A stretch of 64,000 bases of DNA, from NCBI GenBank assembly GCA_037146775.1, contig JBAWWL010000009.1:4575-68574 (forward strand). The letters run 5' to 3'. Below, piece by piece: positions 1-14,300 of the stretch. Source of the stretch: Candidatus Omnitrophota bacterium (lineage in GTDB: Bacteria; Omnitrophota; Gorgyraeia; Duberdicusellales; 4484-171). Within the stretch, counting starts at the first letter, position 1. Every line of letters begins with the position of its first letter. Position numbers and translations under genes: made by a program. Below the pieces are notes generated by a model that saw nothing but the letters and a program-made list of their open reading frames with translations, made no database searches and had not been told where the DNA came from.

Positions 1-2350
1 ACCAACTTAGCCTTGCCGCCTTTAGATTGATATTCTTCAATATACTTCTTCGCAATATCTCGAGCCGCATTGGCAGCGCCTAAACTTATAAACAAACGCA
101 TCCAGCTATAGGCATCTCGGGCAGTAACGTGCGCGGGCCGGCCGTTTAAGTAATGCCAGATTTTCTCCATAGAACCATTTGCATCTTGTCCATCAAGCAT
201 AACCGGAACACATAATGGGTTCTCATATTCGGTCATGACACGAACCCAGCTCTCAACGGTTTGTTTTGCATTCTGCACAGTTAAATCACCTAAATACTTT
301 AAGTTAAAATCTAAATAACCGCCTGACTGCCGGACAAATTGCACAAGAGGAACAAAAAATTGCTCATCTTGCATTTGAGCTACCGTAAGCCCACTTTTCA
401 CTAAATTAGCCGTAACATGTAATCCTCGGTATTCTTCTAATGGTTGACAAGCCTGTAGTAATTTTTTGTTAAAGGCCTCAAGTTGAACTTGAGCCTGTTG
501 TAAACTTTCCAAAACTGTTGCCGGGTTTAAGGCAGCAAATAGCCTAAAGGCTCGAATCATACTGTTGCAGCTCAAAGAATCTAAACCTCTAATATTTGTT
601 AGCGCTTCTTGCAATAACAAATTCGCTTCTTCTCTGCGGCCGACCTGGACTAACGTTTCGGCGATATGAACAAAAGCCTGCGCTCTATATCCATCAACTT
701 CGCTCCTGCCTACGCTTCTTGTTAAGTTAAGCAATCTGTCCAAAGCACCAGCATTTATCATTTCTTGGCTGATTAATTGAATAACTCTTCCTTGCAACAT
801 ACCATCATTTAACTCTGTAATAACTCTTGCCTCGTTTGTTCTGCGAAATTCAGCAGCCACTACCTGAGCCACTACCAAATATGCCTGGCTATACATATCC
901 CTATAGCTAACCTGCCTGGCCTCCTGTACTGCTTCATCAAATCTTCCTCCCTTAGCTAATTCCCGCGCTAAAGCCATATGCGCTATGGCTCTACCCTGAG
1001 AGCCGCCGGTATTATTAGGAGTCCAGCCTCGATTACTGTAATCTTGATAACCCTCTACTTTGTTTGCCGCTACTGCCAGCCGGGCAATAGCATCCAAAGC
1101 TTTACCTCTTGTTTCATCCTTAAGCTGATTGATAAATTGGAACGTTTCGTTCCATAACCCTAATTGACTTAAAATATTGGCTACCAGGATACAAAAATCT
1201 TCATCGACATGAGAAGATTCTGCTTCCCGAATAGCAGCATCAACATACTGTTTCGCTTGAGTATTGCGTCCTAATAAAATTTCTAATTCTGCTATCAACG
1301 CAAAGACTTCGCTTCTTTTATATTTCAAAGAACTGCCTATGTTCGAAAGCACATCGCGATCAAGTATTCGCCCAGCCTGTGCCTTATCGCCGGATAAGGC
1401 CAACTTCTTGGCTATATATAATAAAGTAGATAGCCGTAAATCAGTTCTCATAATACGACCTGCGCTCCCTAAAGCTTCTTGCATTTTATTTTGATCAGCG
1501 TAAGCTTCACTTAAAGAAATTAGGATAATCTCGTTAGCTTGCATTCTGGTAATCTCATCCGGCCTGTTCCTCGCGACTATCTGCCTGGCTATCAACTTTA
1601 AAACTTTTTCTTGATCATAATCATTTTTCAGAAGTTTAACAATTTTTAATACTGCTTCTGTATCTTTTTCTGCTAAACCTTCGGCTATTTTTATAAGCGT
1701 ATCTGTACGATCGTAATCCTTTGATATTTTTTGCGCTAATGCAATACCTTGATCAGCAGATATCTTTCCGGAAGTGACTAAATACACTAATAAATCTCGG
1801 TAAGAATAAATATCTTTCGCAGAATCAATACCTCTAAGTATAGCCAATGCCTCATCTGTTTTGTTTTGCTCAGCCAAACTAATTGCAAAATAAGCAAGAT
1901 AATGCCCTTTATTTTCTTTTAATCTTCTTGAGCCTGCGCTTTGAATTGCCTGCTGTACCTTTTCTATTCTATTTATAGTTATTGCTGCTCTGGCTATAAT
2001 TGCCGGGTCAGAATAAGGCTCTTCACTTTTCTCAATAGCGCTAAGCAGCATTTCCTCTGCTTCTTGGCTTTTAGCTAATTTTGCATATACCTCCGATATT
2101 CTTGCTCTTATCGGCGCCTCGTTATATCCGGAAATTCTACCCTTGGCTAGTTCTAACAAATCTTGCGCTTTCTGTAAATTTCCTAATTCAGCATACATAT
2201 CAGCCAATTCGACTAATTCATGCGATGCATTACCGTTATATCCGTCACCGCCCATTGTCACCAAAGCAAAAGCCGATAATGTTATTTTTTCTGCAATCTG
2301 GGCTCGAGCCTGAACATTATCTAAAACCGCTTGGCCTCTATCCGAAAAAG
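1..2350 (-). other. TPR/Sel1-like helical repeat region at the C-terminal part of giant gene 2 visible in the window. It continues beyond the window.
   Basis: Hand translation shows a degenerate ~34-40-aa helical repeat pattern (...EALAILRGIDSAKDIYSYRDLLVYLVTSG...). It ends DIAKKYIEEYQSKGGKAKLV at position 1. Confidence 0.45.
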
Positions 2351-5300
2351 ACAGCGCACTCGACGCCTTTCCTGACCTCAAACTCTCCTCTGCCGGGCTC
2401 TCAGTGTACTTTTCCGGATGCTGGTGAAAGTCTACATAGTTAGCATCCATAAAAGTTTTGAATTCTTCCCAAGATAAGGTGTAGCGGGAAAGATAACGCG
2501 GAAGTTCAGTTTGAGATATTTCTCGAGGTTGGGGTAAAAGATGAACACCGCGCTTTTTAGCATCATCAAGATAAATTCTTTGTTTGATTCTTACTGCTAA
2601 GAGATTTTTTCTATCATTATCTTTTTCTAAAATAATATTAAGATAATCTTCATGATAGACTCCTTCTAAAAATAAAGTTTCTTTATAGGGATACGTACGC
2701 GCTGTACCTTTACGTAAAACTAAACTCCAATTGATACTACCTAAAATAATCGGCCAGTCGTTCTGTGCGAGAGCCGCCTGTGCTTCAAAATATGCTGTTC
2801 TGAAAGCAGATGATCTTAAGTATGTCTGGCCAATTTCCTTAGCCATACTTGCCTCACCCTTCTCTACGAAGCGGAACATCCAAGAATAGACCAAAACAGA
2901 ATCTGAAAAATCACCTATTTCCGCAAATGCTTGAACGATATCAAAAGCCTTGTTAAATAATTTTCGTTCAAATAATTTTTCTGCTGCGGCTGAAGCTATA
3001 GACAGAAGCTCTGGATTACCTCTGGCGACACTTCCTAATGCAACGGCTAAATCACTAAGTAGAAAATAATCATTAGCCTTAGCAATGGCGGCGGCCAAGA
3101 AACCTGCCTGCTCCAAGTTAAACTTTGTCCGACTACTGGCTTTTTTGGCAATATGGCGCAAGGCAGACGCAAGCAATTTCATAGTTGCGTCGTCTTGAGA
3201 TTGATTTAAAATAGTAAAAATACCGTCTAGCCCCTGAGGGGTAGTTATTTCAATCCAATCAGTTTGTTGACACGCAGTAGCTAAAGCATCTGCCAGACGA
3301 TATTGTGTCGTTGGTTCTTTTTCTATTGCCAGTTTAGCGATAAGTTCTTGGTATGTTTCGCCTAACGCACTCGACGCTTTTCCTTTACCTCTTGGCCTCA
3401 AATTCTCCTCTGCCGGGCTCTCATTGTATGTTTCCGGGTGCTGGTGGAACTCTTGATAGTGAGTATCCATGAATGTTTTGAATTCTTCCCAAGATAAGGT
3501 GTAGCGGGAAAGATATTGATTGAGGTTTCTCCTGGTGATATCGCTAAAAGGTTGAGCAGGAAGCCCTGGAACTTTTCTCGCTCTGGCATCAGCGTGATAG
3601 ATTCTGTTTTTAAGTTGAACTGCCAGGAAAGATTGTTCCAAAGAATCTACTCCCACCACCACATTAATATATTCTTCAAGGTATGCTCGGTCTTTTAATA
3701 ACTGCCAATCAATACCGTCTAAGATAATCGGCCAGTCGGCTTCGGCCCTTTCAACATCACTGCTATGCAGGTTACCGGAAGAATCATGGAGATATCTTGA
3801 CGCCATATTAATAGCCGCCTGTGGTTCTCCCCAATGTATAAGCATCCGCATCCAAAATTTAAGCTCGTGCGGCTCTGAAGAATCACATGGAAGCATTTGT
3901 CGCAGATGATGTATATATACTGGGGTCGCCATTCGTTGGAATACTTCTTGCACACGAGAATAAACTTGCGGATTATTCGCCGCAATCTGGCCTAAAAGGA
4001 TCAAAATATATTCAGGAGCTAAATCTTTAGCGCGACTTAAAGCTTCAATAATTTCATCCAAATGTAAGTCCTTACTGGCTAATGAGCGATCATTGATTAA
4101 TGCTTCAATAAGTGCTTCTGCGTATTTTTCCCGCGTTTTATCGTCTTGAGTCTGTTTTAAGGCCTCAACTAAACTAAGCACCTGTGTGTGAGAAAGCTTA
4201 AGAGAACGATTTTTGCGTAATACTGCAAATACTAATAGAGAAAGAGAACGAGAAAAACTCTGGCTTTGACCAGGTTGGCTTACAAAAACAAGAAGCCGAT
4301 TCATTTGTCCTTGACTAAATGGTACTAAATGGTCTTCACCACCAAGAGCAGTATAGAGCGCATTAATAAAGCTTTCCCGTACTAACGGATCCTCGGCCTC
4401 TTCAGCGCCAACAAGAAGCCGTTCTAATTGTTCGGGATGGAAACGCGCTGAAGATCCCAAAACGCCGTCAAGACTATCACGCAAGCCAACCGCAGGACTA
4501 TTACGGAAAGTGTCAAATAAACTATCAAATTGTGCTTGCAAAAGTGGTAGTGAGTGATTTTCTCTTAAAACATCGGATAAAACAGAACAAAGGATTTGTC
4601 TTGAATGCATCGTGTTGCCTGATTCGTTGATATTTCTAACAATATGCTCAAGCAATATAGGATTCCTTGCAGCTTGACGAGAAAGCCTTTGGATACGCTT
4701 ATCACCAATCGTTGTTTTAACCATAGACATAAAATTTTTCACTGTTCTCTGAGCATTTTCTTCTTTACGTTGCCTCCACCACGATTGCACCGCAGCTACT
4801 CCCCTTTGTATCGCTTTTCTCAAACTCCAAGATCCCTGAGAGACGGGAGGCTCTTGCTGTAAAGCCGATGATGCACCAGAAGCTTTACCTTTCTTTGGCC
4901 TTAAACTTTCTTCTGTTGGGCTTTCAATATACTTTCCCGGATGCTGGTGAAAGTCTGCATAGTTAGCATCCATAAAAGTTTTGAATTCTTCCCAAGCCTC
5001 GGTGTAACGGGAAAGATAACGCGGAAGTTCTGTTTGGGATATTTCTCGAGGCTTAGGCATAGGCTGCACACCTCTGGTCTTAGCATCATCACAATAAATT
5101 CTTTGCTTGAGCCTTACTGCTAAAAGTTTTTGGACTTCTGAATCGCTATTTGTTACTACTGCGATATAGCCGTCACGATATTCTTTTCTCTCAAAAAGGC
5201 TTCTCTCAATATGATTTAGGATAATCGGCCAGTCAGATTGGCCCTTCGCGGCTTCCTTGCTTAAAAACTCAGGGTTATGAGCTAAATAAATTTCTATTGC

Positions 5301-8300
5301 TCCTTTTGCTGTCTCCTTTATGTGCTTTTCATAAACTGAAGAATTCATGATTGCCCCCAGAACAACCATAAGCTCTTCTATGGCATCAAAAGCGATTTGG
5401 TTACCCTTTACAGCTGCAGTCCTTAATGCCCAGATTGCTGAGTTTCTTATCCCTTCAGATGTTTTAACTTTAATGATTTCTTTAAAAATATCTATAAGCT
5501 CATTAATAGTAGCAATTGCGGCCTGATTTCCTCCTAAGGCTGCAGCTGCCAATCTTGTCATCACTTCCTCTTTTACTTTGTCCGAATATTGAGAGGTAAC
5601 GATTAATTTTAACGTAGCACGTATTTTTCCGCTAGGATCACCGTTGGATGAAGTAGTTATTAATTGGTTGATTGCGGCAATTCTGTCTGGATTTGTTTTG
5701 GCTTCAAAGAATTTACCTATCATTTCATCTAAGGTTATTCCTACAGCACTAGACGCTTTTCCTTTACCTCTTGGCCTCAAGCTTTCTTCTGCCGGGCTCA
5801 TCGTGAATCTTTCCGGATGCTGGTGAAAGTCTGCATAGTTAGCATCCATAAAAGTTTTGAATTCTTCCCAAGCCTCGGTGTAGTGGGAAAGACATAAAGG
5901 AAGTTGTGCTTGGGATATTTCATAAGGTTGAGGTAACGGATTAACGCCTCTGGTTTTAGCATCGTCGAGATAGATTCTTTGTTTGAGTCTTACGGCCAAG
6001 AGACTTTGTGTATTCGAATCCATATCAGCCACTACCAACAAATAATCATTAATATACTGTTGCCGAATGAGCAGTGCACCATCAATACCACTTAAAATAA
6101 TCGGCCAGTCGGCTTCAGCTCTTGCAACTTCCCTAGTTAGAAACTCTTGGTCATTGTTGTATAAAAGGGCTTTTATCGCACCTCTCGCTGTTTCTTTGAT
6201 TTTTTGAGATACTTGAGAGGCGATAATCTGCTTAAGAGCAATAATGGCAGGTAGGCTAGCCCGATGGGTAGCAAAACATAATGCCCAGATTGCTGCGTCT
6301 TTTATATGCTCAGAAGCCTGGGAAATAACAATATCTCTTAAGGTATCAGCAAGCTCCTCTATGGCAGCAATAACAGGTTGGTTGCCGTAGTAAGCAACAA
6401 CCCTTAATGCGGTAATTGCTGACACTCGCATATTTTCAGAAGCCTGGGAAATAACAATATCTCTTAAGGTATCAGCAAGCTCACCTATAGCAGCAATAGC
6501 TACAGGTTGACTGTCGCTGAAAGCAGTTTTACTTAACCCATCAATTGCCGTTTGCTTTATATATTCAGAAACTTCAGAATTAATAATTTCTTTAAGAGCA
6601 ATAATTACGGAATCGGCGCGCCTATGCCAAACGGGAGCAGACCTCACAATATCTCTCAATTGCCAGATTGCTACACTCCTCATATCTGCAGAAACCCGAG
6701 AAGTAATGATTTCCTTGAGGGCATTAATTGGGGATTGTCTATCTTTTGCAGCAGCAGCTCCTAATGCTTTAATTGCTTCTTCTTTAGTGTCTGGGGCAAC
6801 TTGAGAAAAAACAATCTCTTTTAAGGTATTAGAAAGTTCTTCTATGGCCACAATCGCGGGCTGACTGTCATGCAAAGCAGCAACTTTTAAGCCAGAAATT
6901 GCTATGTATTGAATATGGATACCTCCGGAAACTTGGGTAATAATAATCTCCTTAAGGGCATTACTGGCGGGCTGACTGCCATACCTAGCAGCAACATTCA
7001 ACGCTCGAAGTGCTGTTAATCTTATCCCCGCAGAAGCTTGGGAGATAATTATTTCTTTTAAATTATCGACAAGCTCTCCTATAGCAACAACAGAATATTG
7101 GCTCTCATACAAAACAGCATTCTCTAATGCTTCAATTGCTGCTCGTCGTATACCTTCAGGAACTTGCGAAGTAATTATTTCCTTAAGAACATCTATTGCG
7201 GGCTTTCTATCCTTGATAGCAGCGTTATACAACGCTTTAATTGCTTTAAGTTTTACTGATTCTGCATTAGTTCCTAAAACCTTATTCTTATTAATCTGCG
7301 CACTTAAAATTATTTGAACTTCCCTATGCGCTTTCCACTTCGCAATTAAACCCTTTACTATTGCTTTACCTTTTGCTAACAGCCGCTGTAAACCATTTTG
7401 CTTATCCGGTTGGGTTGTAAGCGGTGAGGAAGATGCTTTGGCCTGGCTGGTAGATAACGCGCTGGAAGCAGCTGCCTTAGATTTATCCATAGCGCTTACC
7501 ACATGCCCCACGTCACCTTCTAAGCCATGGCCCTCAACCTGTAATAATGCTATTTTTAGTAAGGTTTCTAGGTAAGCTTCTATTGACTGTTCTTCTAGAT
7601 TAATCCGGCAGGGATAATTTTTCCTTAATTTCTCGCCACCATCATCTAAGGCTACACCGGCAAACACAAAATCTATTTGCTGATGACTGGAAGCCTGTAT
7701 TTGAGGTTTACCTGTGGCAGTAACATATTTACCATGCTGAAATTGCTTAATTTTTTCTTGTAAGGCTTCACCCATCACCTGCGGCGATACAGCTTGAGCT
7801 TCATCTCCATCAGTTGCTACCACTACTAAATTTTTCACATCCTTATTACCTGCCGAAGGAAATTCAATGTCACTTAAACCATTCAAAAGTGCTTGGCCGT
7901 CAATACCGCCACCGTCAATGTTTTCTGTCCATATTCTATCCAGAGCATCAACGATAAGTTGGCGTTTAGCCTCATGGGAACGCGCGGCCTTCCATTGCTT
8001 AAAATCAAAAAGAGGGGTAAAACGCGTAGTAATCACCGCTACGGAGATATTAAGGTCGGGATTAATACGCGAAAGCTCAAGTAAGTTAGTAGCATATTCA
8101 TAAATCATATCTTCCAAGGCTCTTTGAAGTACGGGTTTGCTCGTAATACTGCCGCTGGCATCTATCACAAACATGATATTTTGTGCTAACAATTTTTCTT
8201 CGTCTTCAAATTGAGGAGCAATAAGTACCCGGTCATAATCTCCGGCAGCCAAAGCCTCAGGATCGATGTCGGTTCCTCCGTCAGACACATGTTCGTAGTC

Positions 8301-11300
8301 TGCCTCGTAATCATCATCCGTTGGCGCGATCAATTTCTTGTATCTCTCCAGCCACTTACGCGATGAAGCTGGAAGTTCCCTACGGGAAACTCTGGCCAAG
8401 CGTTCGCGCCGCTCTTGGCGCTCATCAACTACTTCTTTCTCTGGCGGTAAATCGCTCAAGTCAGTCTCAGCCACATCTATTTCTCCGATATTAATAACCT
8501 TGACATTTGGCGTAAAGAAAAGTTTTCCGCTACTCAAATCAAAATTATGGGTAGCGCCAGCCATATTCACCGATAATTGTTGTATATAATAAAACCCGCG
8601 CTGCACATCCGTGAAATATTCTGCTGGTTCATTTAAAAATAGCATACACAATTTGACAATTTCCGAATCAGACAACCCATCGATCAAGCGTACTGCTACC
8701 TGGATATTATCTTCTTCAAAATCTGTGCTGATACGGGCTTTAGCGTGCGCCTTTAAAAAAGCATTTAAAACATCCCTTGCCGCTAACGCATACGCATCAT
8801 CGTCAGCCCGGCGATTTCTGATAGCAGCAACCAAGACATCACGCACATAAGCTTTAGGATTTGGCACTAAAAGTAAAGGAAATAATGTTGACAACAATTC
8901 TCCATTTTTATGCAACCGCTCAGCCAACGCAGCGTTTTCAGGACCGATTTTTTCCGAAACTAAATGCCCAAGCTCATGCGCGGCAACTTCATATTCTTTC
9001 TCTGTATTGTTTAAAAACGATACTACTGCGTCACCTTCACTGTTGAAATACCCTAATGTTCCATCCTGCGGCCTAACCACAACAATTACCTGAGGATTGT
9101 CATTGTCGTTAAAAACCTGGCGGTATTTATCACCTAAAACATGACGCAACCGTTCGCTACCCATATTCAACATGCGTGCTATCGGTAAAGCGCTAAATCC
9201 TAAAATAGGCCGGCCGCGCCAACGAAGCACCTTGTCACGGCTGTTTTCTAGATACACTTTATTTTTTCGGGCATTGCTTTCCAGTTTGCCTAAACAAATA
9301 GCGAGCCCTTGGATGCTCGTGGTAGACTGACGATAATAATCATACAATTCGCCCACTATAGTGGCTAATTCCGAATCAACGCTCGCACAAAGCGCAACTA
9401 TTTCTCTTAAAAGCCCAGAATCAACTGCTTCTCTCGCCATTCCTACAAATGCCTTAATTAGAACTCTATTCACTAGCCCGGCATATTTTTGCTGCTGACT
9501 CAACGCAGGGCTTGCCAAAGAAAATTCTTGCATACGCGCACGTAAATCTGCTGGATCAAAAGAAACTTGTTCTCTAGCCTGTTTGGCTGCCTCTTGCCTT
9601 TCTTCTTCACTTACTGTTCGTTTTAACTTTTCTACTGGTTGTTGTGGGTAATGCTGCTGAATCTCTTGCGCTAAATCTGCCAGCGGTTTAGGCGTTATAT
9701 CCGGGACCCGTTCTACCGGAAATGCTTCATTTTCGACGGCAAAAAATCCACTGTCGGGAACTTCTTGAGTAAATTTTCCTGCCTGCTCTAATTCGCTCAT
9801 CCGCCGTGCTTCATTCTGGCGTTTAAAGTATGCTTCGCCACGGCGGTCTACTCCGTCCATGATTCCATAAGTTTCGGTTTCACTGTAACCGGTAGCGGTA
9901 ATATCAGTTTTGCTATAGCGGCTAAGCGGCTCGCTGGTATAAACTTTTAAGCATTTGCGGCTAAAAGGTGCTGGGAATGCATAACGGTTAGACCCCTTGC
10001 CGGTTCCGCCATAGCGTTCAGGAGGATTGTAGGTCAGGATAATGTCTAACTCTTTATCCAACACTACCTCTACGCTATCTCCGGCAGGAGTTATTAAATT
10101 GAATTTCCTTTCTCCGCGGGCAATCGCATCCAATATATACCATACATCACGGGTAACATTCGCCTCGTCATAAAGGATACGAATACGGTTTGAGGTCGGA
10201 TATGCGGTATTGATACGCTTACCATTGACTGTACCGCAAGAAAGCAAGAAATCAGCTACGCTCATCTTCACGGTTTGGCCAAAAGCAAGACTAACAGTAA
10301 TATGGCTATCGCGCATTTCCCGCCAGGGATTAGTGCGAACCAACGGTGTTCCTTCAGCCCTAGGAAGCATCCTGGCTAAAGTAGTTTTTCCACTGCCGGT
10401 TTCTCCGGCAACCAGAACAATACGGCTGGGGATAAATTTCCCGTTTGCGGCCACGACCGGAGTATGCGCCTGTAGTAATGCATTCAAGGCATCAAGCAAC
10501 GAATCCGCCGGATACATAAAATCATCAACGCTCATTTCTTCAAGAGGAACAGCGCGCCTTTTATTCTCTTCGTTACTGCTAAAACGATTAGCGCCTACAG
10601 CGCAAATAATATTGAGCCTTAGAGTGAGAGTATCGCCTTGACGAACAATACTCAAACCATCGGATAATTTCCTTTCTTCGTTATTGGATAGCTCCTGCCA
10701 GGAAACCTCATAGCTATCAGCATCAGTAAGAATATTTAAGCTATCGCCGCGCAAACACACTTTCATTCCATTAGCCAGTTTATAAACCCGTTCGGAAAAA
10801 TCTTCTAGATTCAGTGTTTTTGGATATACCTCTCTGGGAAGACCACGTTCCTGCTGTACGATTTCCCCCAGTAAACCGCGGCAATATTTGATAAGCTGGT
10901 TATTATCGAGCCCGCTTAAACGGCTGGCTAATATTGGCGCTAAAGCCTGTTCCAAGAAAACTTTGCGGTCTTCCGGACACATGGCTGCAAATAAAACATA
11001 ATACGTTGCTTTCATTGCATACCAGAACGGATCGTTGTGTACCGCACCACGGCCGTGGTCAATTTGTTTAAACATCTGCAATCTCAAAGCCATCTCGCTA
11101 AGATCGTGCATACTAAATTCATATCCCTGCTCAAATCGCCGCTGAGCACAAAATGCTGCAGCTTGCTGGTTAACTTCCACAAGAAACCTGGTTTCTTCCA
11201 AGGTAAGATTAGGATAAAGCTCCGACAAGACTGCGTGCGCCTCTTGGGCATTATTAAAATCAGGTAAACCGATTTTTCGCAGGCGGTTAGCAAAAGGAGA

Positions 11301-14300
11301 AGTAAGCTGCCTCATATCTGAAGTTATCGCAACAATAGTCACCCAAGAAGGAAGCACAAAGGTAGTTAAGTTCCCTGCATCGTCCTTAAGAATAATAGTG
11401 CGGCTCTGTAAGAGCTCGTTTAATTTTACCAGCTCATTTTTAGGTATGGATTCTACGTTAGTGATAGCTATAAGTACAGGAACCTGTCTCGCCGGAGGTA
11501 TACTGTCAAGCTCTTCCAGGGTCACGAGATGCCGGCGCAATGGCCCGTGTGCCGGGCGAAAACTATCTATACTAGCGGTGCGCTCGCCTTCATCATTAAA
11601 GTCTGCATCAAATGCGAAAGATTCTCCTACCAAAAGGCCTTTCGCGGTAGTAAAGGGGCTGCCTTCAACTACCTCCATTTTTCTTCCGGTTTTACGTGAA
11701 AATAATTTAAGGAATTCTACTCCTCCTACGCTAGGAGATTCATGAAGTAGAATTTGTTTTCTACCCAAAACCCTGCCCCTATAAGTTGCTTGGCCGCCGG
11801 TTAAAAGCATACACTCCATGGCTCTAACTTTACGCGCCAACGTGGGCGATTGTTCTAAATGCGTCACTTCTTCCTGGCTTACATCTGAATTACCACGATC
11901 TACAAGTTGCATCCTACTAAAATCAGGCATTCTAAAATCAGGAAAAACTTGTCGCACCAATTTTTCGGCAATTTCATATTCAACCTCGCTTAGTCCTTCC
12001 AGATAATTTACTGCTATAGCCTCATATATAGCTTCAAGCCTTTCGGCGTCTGCATTTACCCCGCGCTCTCTAACCATCTGCACCGCATCAATTAAATCGC
12101 GTGGGCTAATCATCCTGCGCTGAGGATGGCTACGACTAAGTAAGATGTGTAACCGCGCCATTTCAGTCTTTAGGCCATCGTCAAACTGGGCGTCCTCTAA
12201 GTAATAATTAATGAGCATAACCGCATCTTCCAAAGAAAGTACATTGTCAACTCTGATTTTACCTACGCTGAGATCAATTTCCCGCGGTAGCGGCTTACGG
12301 CTCCCAGTTTTAAAATGATAGTTCTGAGTGATAATAAAACAAAATCTGGGATCTCGTTTCACAATAATACCTTGTAACCCCGGATGATACGTACCTAAAT
12401 CTATTTCTTCCTGGCTGGCCGCAGAAACGATCCAACGTAATACCTGCCCTGCCCCTTTACTCACCATACCTTCATCGGCAACATATTGACCGCCTTCGGA
12501 ATACATGCGTAAAAACGGTAATATATATCGGCGGCCGGCATCTTTTTCTAAAGTATTAAGCACAATTTCTTTTCCACGCAAGGTTAAGCCGCCCAAAGCA
12601 GTACCTAAGGTAATGCGCCTAAACATTCCTTCTTCATAATAATCTTTGCCTTCGGCGTTAGCAGCATCGCGCGCACCGGAAGTCTTGCCTCCTCCCGGAT
12701 CGCCCTCAAGCACTACACTCATATTATCGTTACCAAAAAGCATTACACTGGCCTGCTGAGCTAGGCGGCTCTGTAGCGGTGCTTCCAATCTCACCGGTAT
12801 TATTGAATCTGCACGATAAAAATTATAACGGCCGAATTTATCTAATTCTTTAAAATCACTGTATTCTGTAGCTTGTCGAACCAAAACTACAGGTTTGCCG
12901 GAAACTTGTACAATAATTTCATAATAAACCACGCCTCCTTCTAAAGAAAAATTAGGGCTATAACGTAGTTGGCTAATATTGAGATGTGTTGCCGCTAAAT
13001 AAGCCTGACGGTAATCTTTGTGTTCCCGACTCTGATCAGCATCTTCCTCTTGCTCCACTAAGCCCATGGCTAATATATGATAACCCAATAATTTTATCGT
13101 AGTTTCATCAAGGGTTCCGGCCTGATGCCGGCTTAAGATTTCCTTTATAAAAAGATCTATTTCTGCCCGGCCTAAACGGTTATGCGGATAAAGCCCGTTT
13201 ACCTTTTGCTCTTCATGTAGCTGCCAAGCAGCCTGCACACACTCAAGCGCCGCCTTCCTTAAACCACTTTCCCTGATACTGGCCAATTGGCCATCTGCAT
13301 ATTGCGATACCCATCCTTTATTGAATTCGTGAGAAACATTAACCGTAAAAAAGCGGTCCACGTCAGCCGGATGTAAAGCAATAGGCTCCTCAGCCATACC
13401 TACCGCCCTAAAAGACAAATTCTTTGGTTTATAGCTAATAATGAATTTTGCGAGCATTCTTTTTTGCTCTGGAGATAAATCTTCAAATCTTTCTGGAAGC
13501 TCTGCGCTAGTTTTGCCTACATATTTCTCGCGGACACGATCAGATTTAATAGCTTCTAAAAATTCAGCGCGGATACGCGAGTAACTTTGATGATATTGTC
13601 CCAACAAAGCCATGACATCATTGACCACATTATCGTCAAACATTTCATCAACCGGTAACATATTGCTAGGGAAAAATTCGTTAAAAAGCGGGGTAACTTG
13701 CGGATTCATATTCAAATATCCCTTAAGCCAGCAAATACGCTCATTACCTTCCAGGTGTGCGCGCAGAATAGTCCAGGCTAAAATACCTAATTTATTTCTG
13801 GGAGCCCTATCCTCAGTAGTACGACTCATTCCTCCGATAAGGCTTCTTTTGGTATGAAAACGGCTGAGATTAACAATTGTATCTTTAATGGCAGTGCCAA
13901 GAATAACCGCATCGCGTATTTCTTTAAAAGTAACTGTTCCGTTGGAAAGAACTAATACCGGTGTTTCCAGCGGGAATTCACGGATAAATTTTAACAGTTC
14001 CTGCGGTGAAGGTGGCGGCGAAAGATCGGTTACTTGCGTCTTGATAATGTTTCTAGCAGTCTCCATATCTTGCGGGTTATCCCACATAAAAACAAATACA
14101 ATATGTAAAAGCATATTAAATGCTTTATCAATCGATTCTCCGCGCTCAATCGCTTTAAACATTAATTCATTAAAATATTCGCTAAGCCTGGGAGTAACGA
14201 GGCGCTTGGACGAAAAATTTCCTGCTAACACTTCTCGGCTAAACGCATTATATACCGCCGAAAGTGTATCGGCTTTGCTTTGTACCATGCTTTCAGTTAA

